Shown here piece by piece: positions 28,345 to 37,497 of a stretch of DNA of 64,000 bases. Source of the stretch: a virus; the IMG/VR virus record IMGVR_UViG_3300045988_152178; one strand, 5' to 3'. Numbering within the stretch: the stretch's first letter is position 1; the number at the start of each line of letters is the position of its first letter. The translations under genes were made by a program, and so were the position numbers. The notes under the pieces were generated by a model. That model was not told the origin of the DNA and searched no databases. It saw only the letters and a program-made list of their open reading frames with translations.

Positions 28345-28628
28345 ATGGCAAAAAGAAAAGTAGAAATCCCGAAGGGGGCATGGCTCGACAAGAAAGGTCA
28401 GCGATGGATGAAAGTAATGTTTGATGTGATGTCCGGTTTCGGGGGGGTGAGAAGTTCATCCGTCAGATCAATTTGGACTTCCCCTGCGACTTCGATTTCG
28501 GGCTGAAAAGATATGTAGTTAATATGGGTGATTATGGTAATCTGCGAAACGTTGTGTTGCAGAATTACCCATCGCTGGCAAGGTATGGAGCCTTTCGACT
28601 GGTGATGACAACTCATCAAGTAAAATGA
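28345..28628 (+). pseudogene. small gene interrupted at a G7 tract (approx. 94 aa if joined)
   Basis: MAKRKVEIPKGAWLDKKGQRWMKVMFDVMSGFGG reads into the G7 tract at 28441..28447. The -1 frame continues GEKFIRQINLDFPCDFDFGLKRYVVNMGDYGNLRNVVLQNYPSLARYGAFRLVMTTHQVK. Confidence 0.45.
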
Positions 28629-28635
28629 TAAGATT

Positions 28636-29169
28636 ATGAAATTGATAACGATTATTGGCCCCTCTGGGGCTGGCAAGGACACGGTGGCACTCATGTTGTC
28701 TGTCATCCTAGGCTATGATGTGCTCTGTTCCTACACCACCCGTCCGATGCGGGAAGGCGAAGTTGACGGCAAGGAGCATCATTTTGTCAAGGAATGCAAC
28801 GTTCCCAAAAGCGAAATGCTTGCTTATACCCGATACGGAAACTATGAGTATTGGACGGAGAAGAAGCAGGTAGATGGTGCAGCCATTTACGTCATCGACG
28901 AGAAAGGACTGATGGAGCTGATGGAGCGTTACCCGAAGGTTAAGATCATCACCGTTTATGTTTCGGCAAAGCCGGAAACTCTGAAGAAACGTGGTATCTC
29001 CGAGGAACGTACCGACAGAGATCAGTATCGTGTTCAGATTGATGTCAACAGCTACGATTATGTGATACCGAACAACCGCACGATGTTCCATCTTTGGGAC
29101 TACGTTTCTTTCGTAGCCAAGAAGATTAGGGAGCAGGAATTGGGTATACCTAATCATGCTGTAAAGTAA
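28636..29169 (+). CDS. guanylate kinase-like nucleotide kinase
   Basis: P-loop GPSGAGKDT and TTRPMREGEVDGKEHHFV. Confidence 0.8.
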   Translation: MKLITIIGPSGAGKDTVALMLSVILGYDVLCSYTTRPMREGEVDGKEHHFVKECNVPKSEMLAYTRYGNYEYWTEKKQVDGAAIYVIDEKGLMELMERYPKVKIITVYVSAKPETLKKRGISEERTDRDQYRVQIDVNSYDYVIPNNRTMFHLWDYVSFVAKKIREQELGIPNHAVK

Positions 29170-29200
29170 GTTCAAAGTGAATATCCAGTACCGTTACAAT

Positions 29201-29238
29201 ACAGACTGAGTACAGACTGAGTACAGACTGGGCACAGA
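29201..29238. repeat. 11-bp tandem repeat, about 3.5 copies
   Basis: ACAGACTGAGT ACAGACTGAGT ACAGACTGGGC ACAGA. Confidence 0.9.
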
Positions 29239-29245
29239 TAAAATA

Positions 29246-29356
29246 ATGGCAAAAATAACTACCCATTCACCCATCGCGGGTATATCAGGCAAGCTGCATA
29301 AGATAGGTAACATCTTTGCCTTTGTCTCCAATCGGTATGGCGTGATAGATTTTTAA
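29246..29356 (+). CDS. possible small ORF (36 aa)
   Basis: ATGGCAAAA start context typical of this genome. No other support. Confidence 0.25.
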   Translation: MAKITTHSPIAGISGKLHKIGNIFAFVSNRYGVIDF

Positions 29357-29383
29357 TATATAAAACATCAAATAAGAAACAAT

Positions 29384-30283
29384 ATGAAAATGATAATTCC
29401 TGGTGTTGAGTGGTGGCCTCAGAAGACCGCCGCACAACAGATTGCCCGAGTAGGCAGAATTTGCTACAAGAGCAAAGGTAAGCAGCCTGATGAGAATCTT
29501 TCTGAAGACAAGAAAGGAGCGTTTCTGGAAGAACAGGCAGTAAAGTTGGCCAACCGTTTCTGGGAGAGCGGTCATCGTTCCATGTACCGCCATGGCACCC
29601 TCTATTTCTTCGTCAAGAACGACAGTAAGCTGCCCAAGCATCTTTGGTCTTTCCTTGTTGCATCGCCTTACATCAATTATGCAGTGCAGGGAAAAAAAGT
29701 CTGGATCAGCAGCAATATGCAGTTCCTATGCGAGCATGGCAACATACTCGAAATGCTGTCCCCATTCAATGTGAAGGAAGCCGAGTTTATCGAGAAGGCG
29801 CTGAAATATGATTTCAAGGAAGCACTCAATCTCCTCCGTATGACGCTTGTCGTTACTACGCAGATCAGTACTAGCCGTGAGCTGAACCGAACATCGCCTA
29901 ATTGCATCAGCGAGCAGAGCACACGCTATGTGAACCTGGAGAAGAAAGGTGGCGTTCAGATTGCCCGTCCGCACTGGCTGCACGAGGGCACGAAATGGCA
30001 GAAGTTCCTCTATCTCACCGGCTGTAAGATTTCCGACTGGCTCTATCGCCGATTACTGAAATCGGGCATGAAGCCGCAGGATGCCCGCGGCATTCTCCCT
30101 CTCGATACCTATACGGTGGTAGCCTATACTTACACCATCACCGAGTGGCAGCATATCTTAGACCTTCGCTTCCGTGAAACCACCGGCAAGGCGCATCCTA
30201 ATGCCAAGGAGATAGGTTTCGAGATCAACCGCATCATCACGGAGAGATTAATGTTCGAGGCTCAAAAGAAATCTTTTAGATAA
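29384..30283 (+). CDS. ThyX-family (flavin-dependent thymidylate synthase-like) protein with non-canonical motif
   Basis: ARVGRICYKS, SGHRSMYRHGTLYF, SEQSTRY and EWQHILDLR blocks fit ThyX. The RHR-X7-S motif reads RTS-X7-S. Confidence 0.65.
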   Translation: MKMIIPGVEWWPQKTAAQQIARVGRICYKSKGKQPDENLSEDKKGAFLEEQAVKLANRFWESGHRSMYRHGTLYFFVKNDSKLPKHLWSFLVASPYINYAVQGKKVWISSNMQFLCEHGNILEMLSPFNVKEAEFIEKALKYDFKEALNLLRMTLVVTTQISTSRELNRTSPNCISEQSTRYVNLEKKGGVQIARPHWLHEGTKWQKFLYLTGCKISDWLYRRLLKSGMKPQDARGILPLDTYTVVAYTYTITEWQHILDLRFRETTGKAHPNAKEIGFEINRIITERLMFEAQKKSFR

Positions 30284-30315
30284 GCCTCCGTTCCCAGCGA
30301 TTCCATCGCTGGTCC
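30284..30315 (+). repeat. hairpin repeat copy C
   Basis: GCCTCCGTTCCCAGCGATTCCATCGCTGGTCC begins 1 nt after the ThyX-like stop. Confidence 0.9.
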
Positions 30316-30340
30316 AATAACAAATAAAGAAGAAAAAATT

Positions 30341-30730
30341 ATGGCAAAAATGACTTTAAACGAATATCAGCAGAAGGCAATGACAACCTGCCTTCCTGAG
30401 AGTAATAACCTCTTTTATATGCTCGCCAACCTCTGTGGCGAAGTAGGCGAATTTGCAAGCAAGGCTGGCAAGCACATGCGCAAGGGCAAGCTCCATATCA
30501 CCACCACCGAACGTGATGAGGATGGCAAAATCTGCCACACCCAAATCTGGAACGTAACCGATGAAGAGCGCAAGCTGATGCTTTCCGAAATCGGCGATAT
30601 TCTTTGGCAGACCGCAGGACTTGCCCACGTGATGGGTGTAAGCCTCGAAGAAGTAGCCGAGGAGAACCTGGCAAAACTAGCAAGCCGCCAGCAGCGCCAC
30701 GTGATAGCCGGTGATGGCGATGAGCGATAA
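30341..30730 (+). CDS. mazG: MazG-like nucleoside triphosphate pyrophosphohydrolase
   Basis: LNEYQQKAMTT, GEVGEFASK (ExxE), EIGDILWQ (ExxD), EENLAKLASR. Confidence 0.8.
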   Translation: MAKMTLNEYQQKAMTTCLPESNNLFYMLANLCGEVGEFASKAGKHMRKGKLHITTTERDEDGKICHTQIWNVTDEERKLMLSEIGDILWQTAGLAHVMGVSLEEVAEENLAKLASRQQRHVIAGDGDER

Positions 30731-30811
30731 GATAATTGCCCAATAAGGGTGATTATGATTAATAGAGTATTTTGCCAATCAATGCTTGGCAATAAAAAGC
30801 AATAAAAAGCA

Positions 30812-31786
30812 ATGGGAACAAAAAACAAAAAACAACAGCAGCAAGTGATGGCCAAGCGTGAGGCGCAAATCAGAAACCTCCCTACCATCTATACCTTCAA
30901 CTTCAAGGATGTGCCGTCAGAGAAATATGCCTCTGCCCTGGACCGCCTTTTCTCCAACCCCGATTTCGCTGAAGCCGTGCAAAACCGCAATGAACTGGTC
31001 CGTGCAGCCAGCCGCGTTCCGCAGAACTCACCACAGATGGCATCACTCATCCGTGCCATTCAGGAGAAAGATAAGAAGCTGGCGATGAATATGTACTCCC
31101 TACTCGTGCAGGTAAATGTGCGAAGTGATGAAAATTACGATTTCCTCAACTTCGGTCAGTTGCTCCGCTACTATGTAGATTACAGCAAGCCTGGAATGCA
31201 GGAGACTGTTGACCAGCTTGCCCTTAATCTCGATAAGGTTACTTTCCTCACAGATACCCTGGAGAGTATCGTGGTAGATGTGAAGTCGTATATGACAACC
31301 ATCTTTAATGGCAGTGTTGAGTTCAATCAGTTTGACGGTGTGCTGCAGGTATTGAAGCAGATGCAGGGTTTCTTCAATTTCGCAAGAACCAAGGATATTG
31401 ACAGCAAGGATAATGACCTCTACTGTGAGTATGCCGACAGCATCAATGCCTATGTAGATAAGCGTATGAAGACCTATTCGACCAAGCATCGCAAGCTGCA
31501 CCCTCAGCTCCCTGGCTTCACCCAGGATCAGATGATAGAAGCCCTCAACCTCTTCTTCGGAGAAAACAAGATGTTTAACGAGTGCTTCATCGCCAAGACG
31601 GAATCAGGTGGCTGCTATATCGACGGCATGAAGCTCATCCCTAATCTCAGCGAGGAGCAGACTGCCAAGCTCGACAAGCTGGTACCACGCCCAAAGGAAG
31701 GCAACAGCATGCAGAAATACTTCCTCTACATTACCGATGCCATTATGCTCTATTATGCCCAGCAGAAAGGCATCGCCTTAAAATAG
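30812..31786 (+). CDS. hypothetical protein
   Basis: 324-aa ORF. Confidence 0.7.
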   Translation: MGTKNKKQQQQVMAKREAQIRNLPTIYTFNFKDVPSEKYASALDRLFSNPDFAEAVQNRNELVRAASRVPQNSPQMASLIRAIQEKDKKLAMNMYSLLVQVNVRSDENYDFLNFGQLLRYYVDYSKPGMQETVDQLALNLDKVTFLTDTLESIVVDVKSYMTTIFNGSVEFNQFDGVLQVLKQMQGFFNFARTKDIDSKDNDLYCEYADSINAYVDKRMKTYSTKHRKLHPQLPGFTQDQMIEALNLFFGENKMFNECFIAKTESGGCYIDGMKLIPNLSEEQTAKLDKLVPRPKEGNSMQKYFLYITDAIMLYYAQQKGIALK

Positions 31787-31792
31787 CAAAAA

Positions 31793-32524
31793 ATGCCAAA
31801 TATCTATCTCCGTCTCCCCACCTCCCGCTGCCAGTTTTTCCGGCACCGCGACCCTAAGCTCACCCTTGCAAAGGATGAGCCGGTAGTGTTCAGTAACTAT
31901 TCGCACGAGCATTTTATCATGCGCAACTCCCTCATCAACACCCCAGCCCGCAGCAGCCGTATCGACCTCGGCTGTTTCTCCCAGCAGCAATGGTGCAATA
32001 TGCTCACGGGCAGGCACCCTTCCGGAGGCAAGGTAATGATGCGCCGTGATGCCGGAAGCTGGCTCACCTTTCAGGAGGTTCAGCAGCTCAATGGTCGCCT
32101 GACCGATGGCAAGGGAGCCAATGATGATTACCTCTGCATCCGACTGCCCAGCGAAGTAGAGATTGTCGATACCGTTTATTCCGTAAAGCCTACCTTTACA
32201 CTCGATACGCACGGCATGCGTGCGCTGGCGGTATCACTCAACAACGATTTCAAGCGCAGTCTGGTGGAATGGGCACTATCTACCTTCGATTTCTGCACGT
32301 CTAAAGGCAGAGTTATCGCCCGTTCTCATAACGCCATGCTGGAGCGGTACTTAATGCGCTACGGCATAGAAGTCAGCGAGGAAGAGAAAGACGTGTTGCG
32401 CCGCATCATCGGCAGGTGGTTCCGCACGGAGCACTGCTTTTTCAAGTCCTATTCCTGCGTGGATATGCAGTATAAAGATAGCCGTGATAAGTCCAATCGC
32501 ATCGATGAAGTGCAGTGGTTATGA
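31793..32524 (+). CDS. hypothetical protein
   Basis: 243-aa ORF. Confidence 0.7.
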   Translation: MPNIYLRLPTSRCQFFRHRDPKLTLAKDEPVVFSNYSHEHFIMRNSLINTPARSSRIDLGCFSQQQWCNMLTGRHPSGGKVMMRRDAGSWLTFQEVQQLNGRLTDGKGANDDYLCIRLPSEVEIVDTVYSVKPTFTLDTHGMRALAVSLNNDFKRSLVEWALSTFDFCTSKGRVIARSHNAMLERYLMRYGIEVSEEEKDVLRRIIGRWFRTEHCFFKSYSCVDMQYKDSRDKSNRIDEVQWL

Positions 32525-32598
32525 TTTTACACCTTATATAATAGGTGTTAATTCGTAAGATAACAAATGTTAAATAATAGATAAATCAAGGAAACGAT

Positions 32599-33087
32599 AT
32601 GAAATTACCCGATAATTGCAGAGAGTTATTTCTTGAGGGAGTAACCGATGCTTATTTTTATGCCGTATGGGACAGTTCCGTCTCTATTCCGTTCAGCATA
32701 CCGCTGATATTGCAGATAAACGGATGCAAGTTTGCCGGCGAAGCACTCCATATTGCCACCAGCGAGGGCAATAATTATGTAATATCTGATGGCATCACCG
32801 CCAAACAGGACTCCTCAGAAGGTGGCAATGGTACCGTCTTCAAGTTCGAGATTACCGCCAATATCCGTGACGGAAAGGAGAATATACCCGAAATCATCAA
32901 GAATATGCACGGAAAGGACTATTATATAGTCTTGCGCAAGCAGGATGACTCGCTTTATCTCTGCCATACACTGCCTGGCACCTTCAATATTACCGATTCC
33001 GTAACCAGTCAGAACGATGCAGAGACCCGTAGCATTACGGCTATCTGTCAGGCGATGTCTGAGTTTATTCCGATAACGATTGCTTAA
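32599..33087 (+). CDS. hypothetical protein
   Basis: 162-aa ORF followed by a terminator. Confidence 0.65.
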   Translation: MKLPDNCRELFLEGVTDAYFYAVWDSSVSIPFSIPLILQINGCKFAGEALHIATSEGNNYVISDGITAKQDSSEGGNGTVFKFEITANIRDGKENIPEIIKNMHGKDYYIVLRKQDDSLYLCHTLPGTFNITDSVTSQNDAETRSITAICQAMSEFIPITIA

Positions 33088-33171
33088 TCAATCATATAAA
33101 TTTCAGTACTTAATTAACTTCTAGTTTATTTTAGATTATTCATAAATATCTAATGTTAATTTTGTTTGCTG

Positions 33172-33203
33172 CCCTGCAGTCCGTGAGGAACGCAGGGTTT
33201 TTT
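33172..33203 (+). terminator. intrinsic terminator
   Basis: Stem CCCTGC / GCAGGG followed by T6. Confidence 0.55.
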
Positions 33204-33244
33204 GTTTTCCCCTAAATCATAGCTATTTCGGCATATAGGCTTAT

Positions 33245-33281
33245 TTTGTCCCTATATGCCCACGCATTTCCATTACCTTTG
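33245..33281 (+). promoter_or_regulatory. promoter, TTTGTCCC-N-TAnnTTTG family (head operon)
   Basis: TTTGTCCCT, 25-nt gap, TACCTTTG, then CCATCAGAA. Confidence 0.5.
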
Positions 33282-33385
33282 CCATCAGAAAATATCAATA
33301 GTCTTCTAGCATAACAACAAGGTAAGGAGATTTGTTTTCAGGATAACGATAACATACATTAATTTTTAAAATTCTATTACCCACA

Positions 33386-35038
33386 ATGAAAGGTCTATAC
33401 GAAATTCTGACCGAGAAGAAGTGGATGATTTCGCCTGACTTTGTTCACGGAATCCGTAAGGCATTGGAGCAAAATCTGAATGCGCATGCCATATACGAAC
33501 GCCCTGCACCTACCTGCGGCTTCGTAACCATGAAGGCTGCCGATGGCTCAATCTTTTACCCCGAGGAATATCAGATTTCCGAGGATGGCAAAAAGGTTCG
33601 CGGCAACTGGATTGTAGATGATGAGGAGGCACAGGACTTTCCGTTTGTATCGGTACTTACCATCGACGGCCCGATTACCCGTAATGGTGGCGGTTGCTCC
33701 TATGGTTCGGTTGACCATCGCAACATGATGATCCGTGCAGCCAACAATTCATTCTGTCGAGGTCACATCTTCATCATCAATACTCCTGGCGGCTCGGCTT
33801 GGGCAAAGAACGATTACGAGCAGGCTATCAATTATGCCCGTTCATTAGGTCAGCCAGTCATTGCCTTTATCGACGGCATGTGTGCCTCGGCTGGTATGTA
33901 TCTCGCTTCTCTCTGCGATGAGCGTTACTACATGCACCCGAAGGACGAAATCGGCTGCATCGGTGTGATGGCATCCTTCTACACGCAGGCTGATGGCAGC
34001 AAAAACCAGTTTACTGATGAAACTTATCATGAGTTGTACGACCCTGAGAGTTTCGACAAGAACCGTGAGTTCCGTGATGTTGCCAATGATGGCGATAGCG
34101 AGAAGTTGGTAAAAGAACTTGCTGAGTTAGGTGTGGAGTTCAGAGCTGACGTTAAGAAAGCCTGTCCTAACGCAAAGGATGAGCATCTGCACGGCAAGGT
34201 ATTCAATGCCGAAGACGTGAAGGGTATTCTGATGGATGATCAGAGTGACTTCCTCTCTTGCGTCAAGCGCTGCTTTGACCTTTATAATGGTGTAGCGCAG
34301 CCTATCAGCAGAGAGTCGTCTGATGAAGATGAAACTAAGAACAGTCTGAACGAACCATCCGACCATCCGGCACACGACCCTCAGTTGGAGCCAGACAAGG
34401 ATTCTTCAGCAAAACAAGAGAATCATCAACATACTATTCATCAAAAATCAATCAATATGGCAAATTATCCAAAGATCAATGCCGCTTGCGGTATGCAGGA
34501 TGGTCAGCAGATTGAGGTGAAGGAGGAAGGCGCATTCATGAATGCACCATTGCTCGATACCCTCGAAGCTCATCTTACATCGCAGGAGCAGGCTGTGGCT
34601 GATGCCGAGCAGAAAGCCACCACAGCAGAGCAGAGTCTTGCCAATCTCCAGGCAAAGCACGATGCACTTGCTGAGACCATCGCCAAGAAGGACGAGGAAA
34701 TCAAGAATCTGAAAGAGGCAAAGGCTAAGGCAGATGAGGACATCAAAGCCCTCAACGACGCTAAGGCAAAGGCTGATGAGGAGAAGGCTAAGGTAGATGA
34801 GGAGTTGAAGACTGTCCAGGCTTCGCTCGCTACTGCCCAGCAGACCATCGCTGACAAGGACGCTCAGATTGCTGAGTTGAACGAGAACCCAGGCGAGGAG
34901 CCAGCACAGGGTGCAGCACCTCAGAACAACGGTGAGGGTGCAAAGGCTCAGAACCTCCGTGAGTTCGACCCATCGAAGTATAAGACCAATGCTGAGCGCA
35001 AGGCAGCTTTCGAGCGTTTCAAGCGAGGCGAGGAGTAA
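33386..35038 (+). CDS. prohead protease (S49/SppA-ClpP-like) fused to a coiled-coil scaffold-like C-terminus
   Basis: IINTPGGSAW ... IDGMCASAGMYLA ... GCIGV fits peptidase S49. The C-terminus carries EAKAKADEDIKALNDAKAKADEEKAKVDEELK repeats. Confidence 0.8.
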   Translation: MKGLYEILTEKKWMISPDFVHGIRKALEQNLNAHAIYERPAPTCGFVTMKAADGSIFYPEEYQISEDGKKVRGNWIVDDEEAQDFPFVSVLTIDGPITRNGGGCSYGSVDHRNMMIRAANNSFCRGHIFIINTPGGSAWAKNDYEQAINYARSLGQPVIAFIDGMCASAGMYLASLCDERYYMHPKDEIGCIGVMASFYTQADGSKNQFTDETYHELYDPESFDKNREFRDVANDGDSEKLVKELAELGVEFRADVKKACPNAKDEHLHGKVFNAEDVKGILMDDQSDFLSCVKRCFDLYNGVAQPISRESSDEDETKNSLNEPSDHPAHDPQLEPDKDSSAKQENHQHTIHQKSINMANYPKINAACGMQDGQQIEVKEEGAFMNAPLLDTLEAHLTSQEQAVADAEQKATTAEQSLANLQAKHDALAETIAKKDEEIKNLKEAKAKADEDIKALNDAKAKADEEKAKVDEELKTVQASLATAQQTIADKDAQIAELNENPGEEPAQGAAPQNNGEGAKAQNLREFDPSKYKTNAERKAAFERFKRGEE

Positions 35039-35115
35039 GCCCTCCATCATCAGGATAACACTAAGTATTCAGGTTAAAACATTCTTATTCATTTTTTAAT
35101 TATTAGTTGAAAATT

Positions 35116-36411
35116 ATGGCAACACTTCCTAAAGATTTTATCGGCACTACTGCCCTGCAGCACGTAGCCGAGCAGGTAACTAAGGAAATCCTTATGGGTC
35201 CAGGTTACACCGATGCAGAGGAGATGGACCGCTTGGGTATCGACATCGTTTCCGGTGTTCAGTATAAGCGCACTATCCACATTCTGCTCCGTAAGGGTGG
35301 TACCACCCGTCGTAAGGATGTTCACACTAAGGTGAACAGCGAGGTTGGTTTCTTGAAGGAGCGCACAATTACAGTGAAGCTCGCTTGGGACCATTACACT
35401 GATAACATCGACAAGTATTGTGAAACAGTATTCGGCACAGACGCACAGGGTCAGTACCCTCTCGCTACAGAGGCTGTTACCGCTATCCTTAGCAACTATG
35501 CCGACAACCTTACCGCTTGCTTGTGGAATGGTGACATCAGTCTTGACAAGGGCGACGAGAGTACTCCAGCTTCACAGCAGGCTATGGCGTTGTATGACGG
35601 CTACCATACCTGTGTCAAGCATGACATCGAGGACGGTCTTATCAGCGAGGCTAACGGCAACTTGATTCCTTGCGAGTCAATCGCAGAGCCTTCTGACAAC
35701 AACGACTCTACTCCATACGACAACTTCCTGACATGGCACCTGAAGTGGGATGCCCGTCTGCGCAAGCAGAACGTTCTCGTTTATATGAGCGAGTTGACAG
35801 CCCAGAACATCGCTGCAGGTTACGCTAACAAGTTCCACGGCAACTTCAAGGTTGAGTACGAGGACGGCGGTAACTTCAAGCTCCCAGGTCTCTCTCGTGT
35901 TACTCTCTGCCCTATTGCAGATTTCGGTGAGGGTGATCGCATGTACGTTACCATCCCTAAGAACTTCGTCTATGCAGTTGATTCTGAGGGTAACAAGACT
36001 TACGTAGGCGTTAAGGTGGGCACCGATGATGATATGCGTGACGTGCAGTTCCAGATTCAGTCAATCCAGGGTGCAGGTATTCGCAATCCGTTCAAGTACG
36101 CCTTTGCGATGTCAGACGGCAACCTTTCAACAGCAGAGTATGTTGCTGGTGATTATATCAATTCTAACCTTGTGGTAACAACCGCAATGGAGGATGGTTC
36201 TACTGTTACCGACGGTAAGGTGAAGGTAAACGGCGAGGAGTACACAAAGCCAGTAGCCACAACCATTAACCAGGTTATCACCTTGGTAGCAGAGGATGGC
36301 ACAACCGATAAATTTTCTCACTGGAGCAACGGCAGCAAGGAGAAGACTATTCAGACTACCGCTACCGGTATGAGCATGGGCTTCACCGCCTTCTTCAAGA
36401 AGAATGGTTAA
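35116..36411 (+). CDS. major capsid protein (putative)
   Basis: 431-aa ORF directly after the protease-scaffold gene. Start set at ATGGCA 35116 (the track starts at TTG 35107). Confidence 0.6.
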   Translation: MATLPKDFIGTTALQHVAEQVTKEILMGPGYTDAEEMDRLGIDIVSGVQYKRTIHILLRKGGTTRRKDVHTKVNSEVGFLKERTITVKLAWDHYTDNIDKYCETVFGTDAQGQYPLATEAVTAILSNYADNLTACLWNGDISLDKGDESTPASQQAMALYDGYHTCVKHDIEDGLISEANGNLIPCESIAEPSDNNDSTPYDNFLTWHLKWDARLRKQNVLVYMSELTAQNIAAGYANKFHGNFKVEYEDGGNFKLPGLSRVTLCPIADFGEGDRMYVTIPKNFVYAVDSEGNKTYVGVKVGTDDDMRDVQFQIQSIQGAGIRNPFKYAFAMSDGNLSTAEYVAGDYINSNLVVTTAMEDGSTVTDGKVKVNGEEYTKPVATTINQVITLVAEDGTTDKFSHWSNGSKEKTIQTTATGMSMGFTAFFKKNG

Positions 36412-36420
36412 TCCTCTCCT

Positions 36421-36452
36421 GCCTCCGTTCCCAGCGATTCCATCGCTGGTCC
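36421..36452 (+). repeat. hairpin repeat copy D
   Basis: Identical 32-mer to copy C, 10 nt after the capsid gene stop. Confidence 0.9.
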
Positions 36453-36555
36453 AACAGGCAAGGCAGGCCTCTATAAATCCTCGGCGGCGGTCGTCTGACT
36501 TGGCGGAATATGGCTTCCGCCGCCATTTCGTTTAATCATCAAAAAAGATACAATT

Positions 36556-37134
36556 ATGGCAGAAAATGTAACATGCCCAGAGATCAAAGATATTCTTTCC
36601 GAGAACGATTGCTTGGAAAACTTCGGCGGTCTTGGCGTAAACGTATATGTCTTTATCAAGAGTGAGCTTGCTGCTCCTCTCTCACCAGAGGCAGGTAAGA
36701 ACACCTATGCAGCGCTGACAGCTGCGTCCTTCAAGAAAGGTAAGGGTCTCTACAAGTTTGAGTGCCAGGATGGCGGTCAGGGTCACACCTGGGAGAACCT
36801 CGGTTTCCAGAAGGGTTTCAAGCAGACCTTGGACTACGTTCTTGAGAGCGTAAACGCCGATACTGCTTATGTGGCTCGTGGTCTCAATAACCTCAAGTGT
36901 GGTTACATCATCGAGGATGGTGATAAATCAATCATCGTTTATGACAAGCAGCACGACTTCAAGTATGATTCCGGTAACATCAAGGGTGATACAGGTAAGA
37001 AGCCAGAAGATGACCGTACAGTCACATTGAGCGGCACCCTTAGCCCTACAACGTATGGCCGCTACGAGATTGCTACCCCAGAGAGTGGCTGGGATTCTCT
37101 CTGTAATGGCGCAGGCACATCGGGGGAAGTGTAA
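36556..37134 (+). CDS. hypothetical structural protein
   Basis: 192-aa ORF following the capsid gene, then a terminator. Confidence 0.6.
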   Translation: MAENVTCPEIKDILSENDCLENFGGLGVNVYVFIKSELAAPLSPEAGKNTYAALTAASFKKGKGLYKFECQDGGQGHTWENLGFQKGFKQTLDYVLESVNADTAYVARGLNNLKCGYIIEDGDKSIIVYDKQHDFKYDSGNIKGDTGKKPEDDRTVTLSGTLSPTTYGRYEIATPESGWDSLCNGAGTSGEV

Positions 37135-37296
37135 GCGGAACTGACAAGAGCGATACCAATTCCGCTTCCCGGCAGTCATCTAAGCGGAGCAAGCAGGTAG
37201 CATCTATCAATGATGAAACCTCTACGCTCGGCGAGAACGATGAATAATCGCTCCCCTATCCAATGCGTTCCATTGGCAATTTACTCTATAAATCAA

Positions 37297-37346
37297 AGCC
37301 TCGGTATTGAGTCTTAGTAAGATAAGGCAAGGTACCGGGGCTTTTT
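37297..37346 (+). terminator. intrinsic terminator closing the head operon
   Basis: 10-bp stem AGCCTCGGTA / TACCGGGGCT (one G-U pair), 26-nt loop, T5. Confidence 0.55.
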
Positions 37347-37441
37347 GCATATAAACTGCATATACCTTTCATTTATCAAATATCTTATTCCATAATTAGA
37401 TTATTTAATGCAAAATGCGTTTCCGTATAGAATATTTTTCT

Positions 37442-37449
37442 TATTTTTG
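37442..37449 (+). promoter_or_regulatory. -7 box of the LysR gene promoter
   Basis: TATTTTTGCAGCA, 49 nt upstream of ATG 37498. Confidence 0.45.
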
Positions 37450-37497
37450 CAGCATAAAATTTTAATATATATAGTGTAACTAAAAGAGTAAAAGATT

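Noticed and set aside
30789-30813. GCAATAAAAA x2.5 direct repeat at the start of 30812..31786
   Set aside because: It is a very short, AT-rich repeat overlapping the start codon. This is most likely a chance low-complexity sequence.
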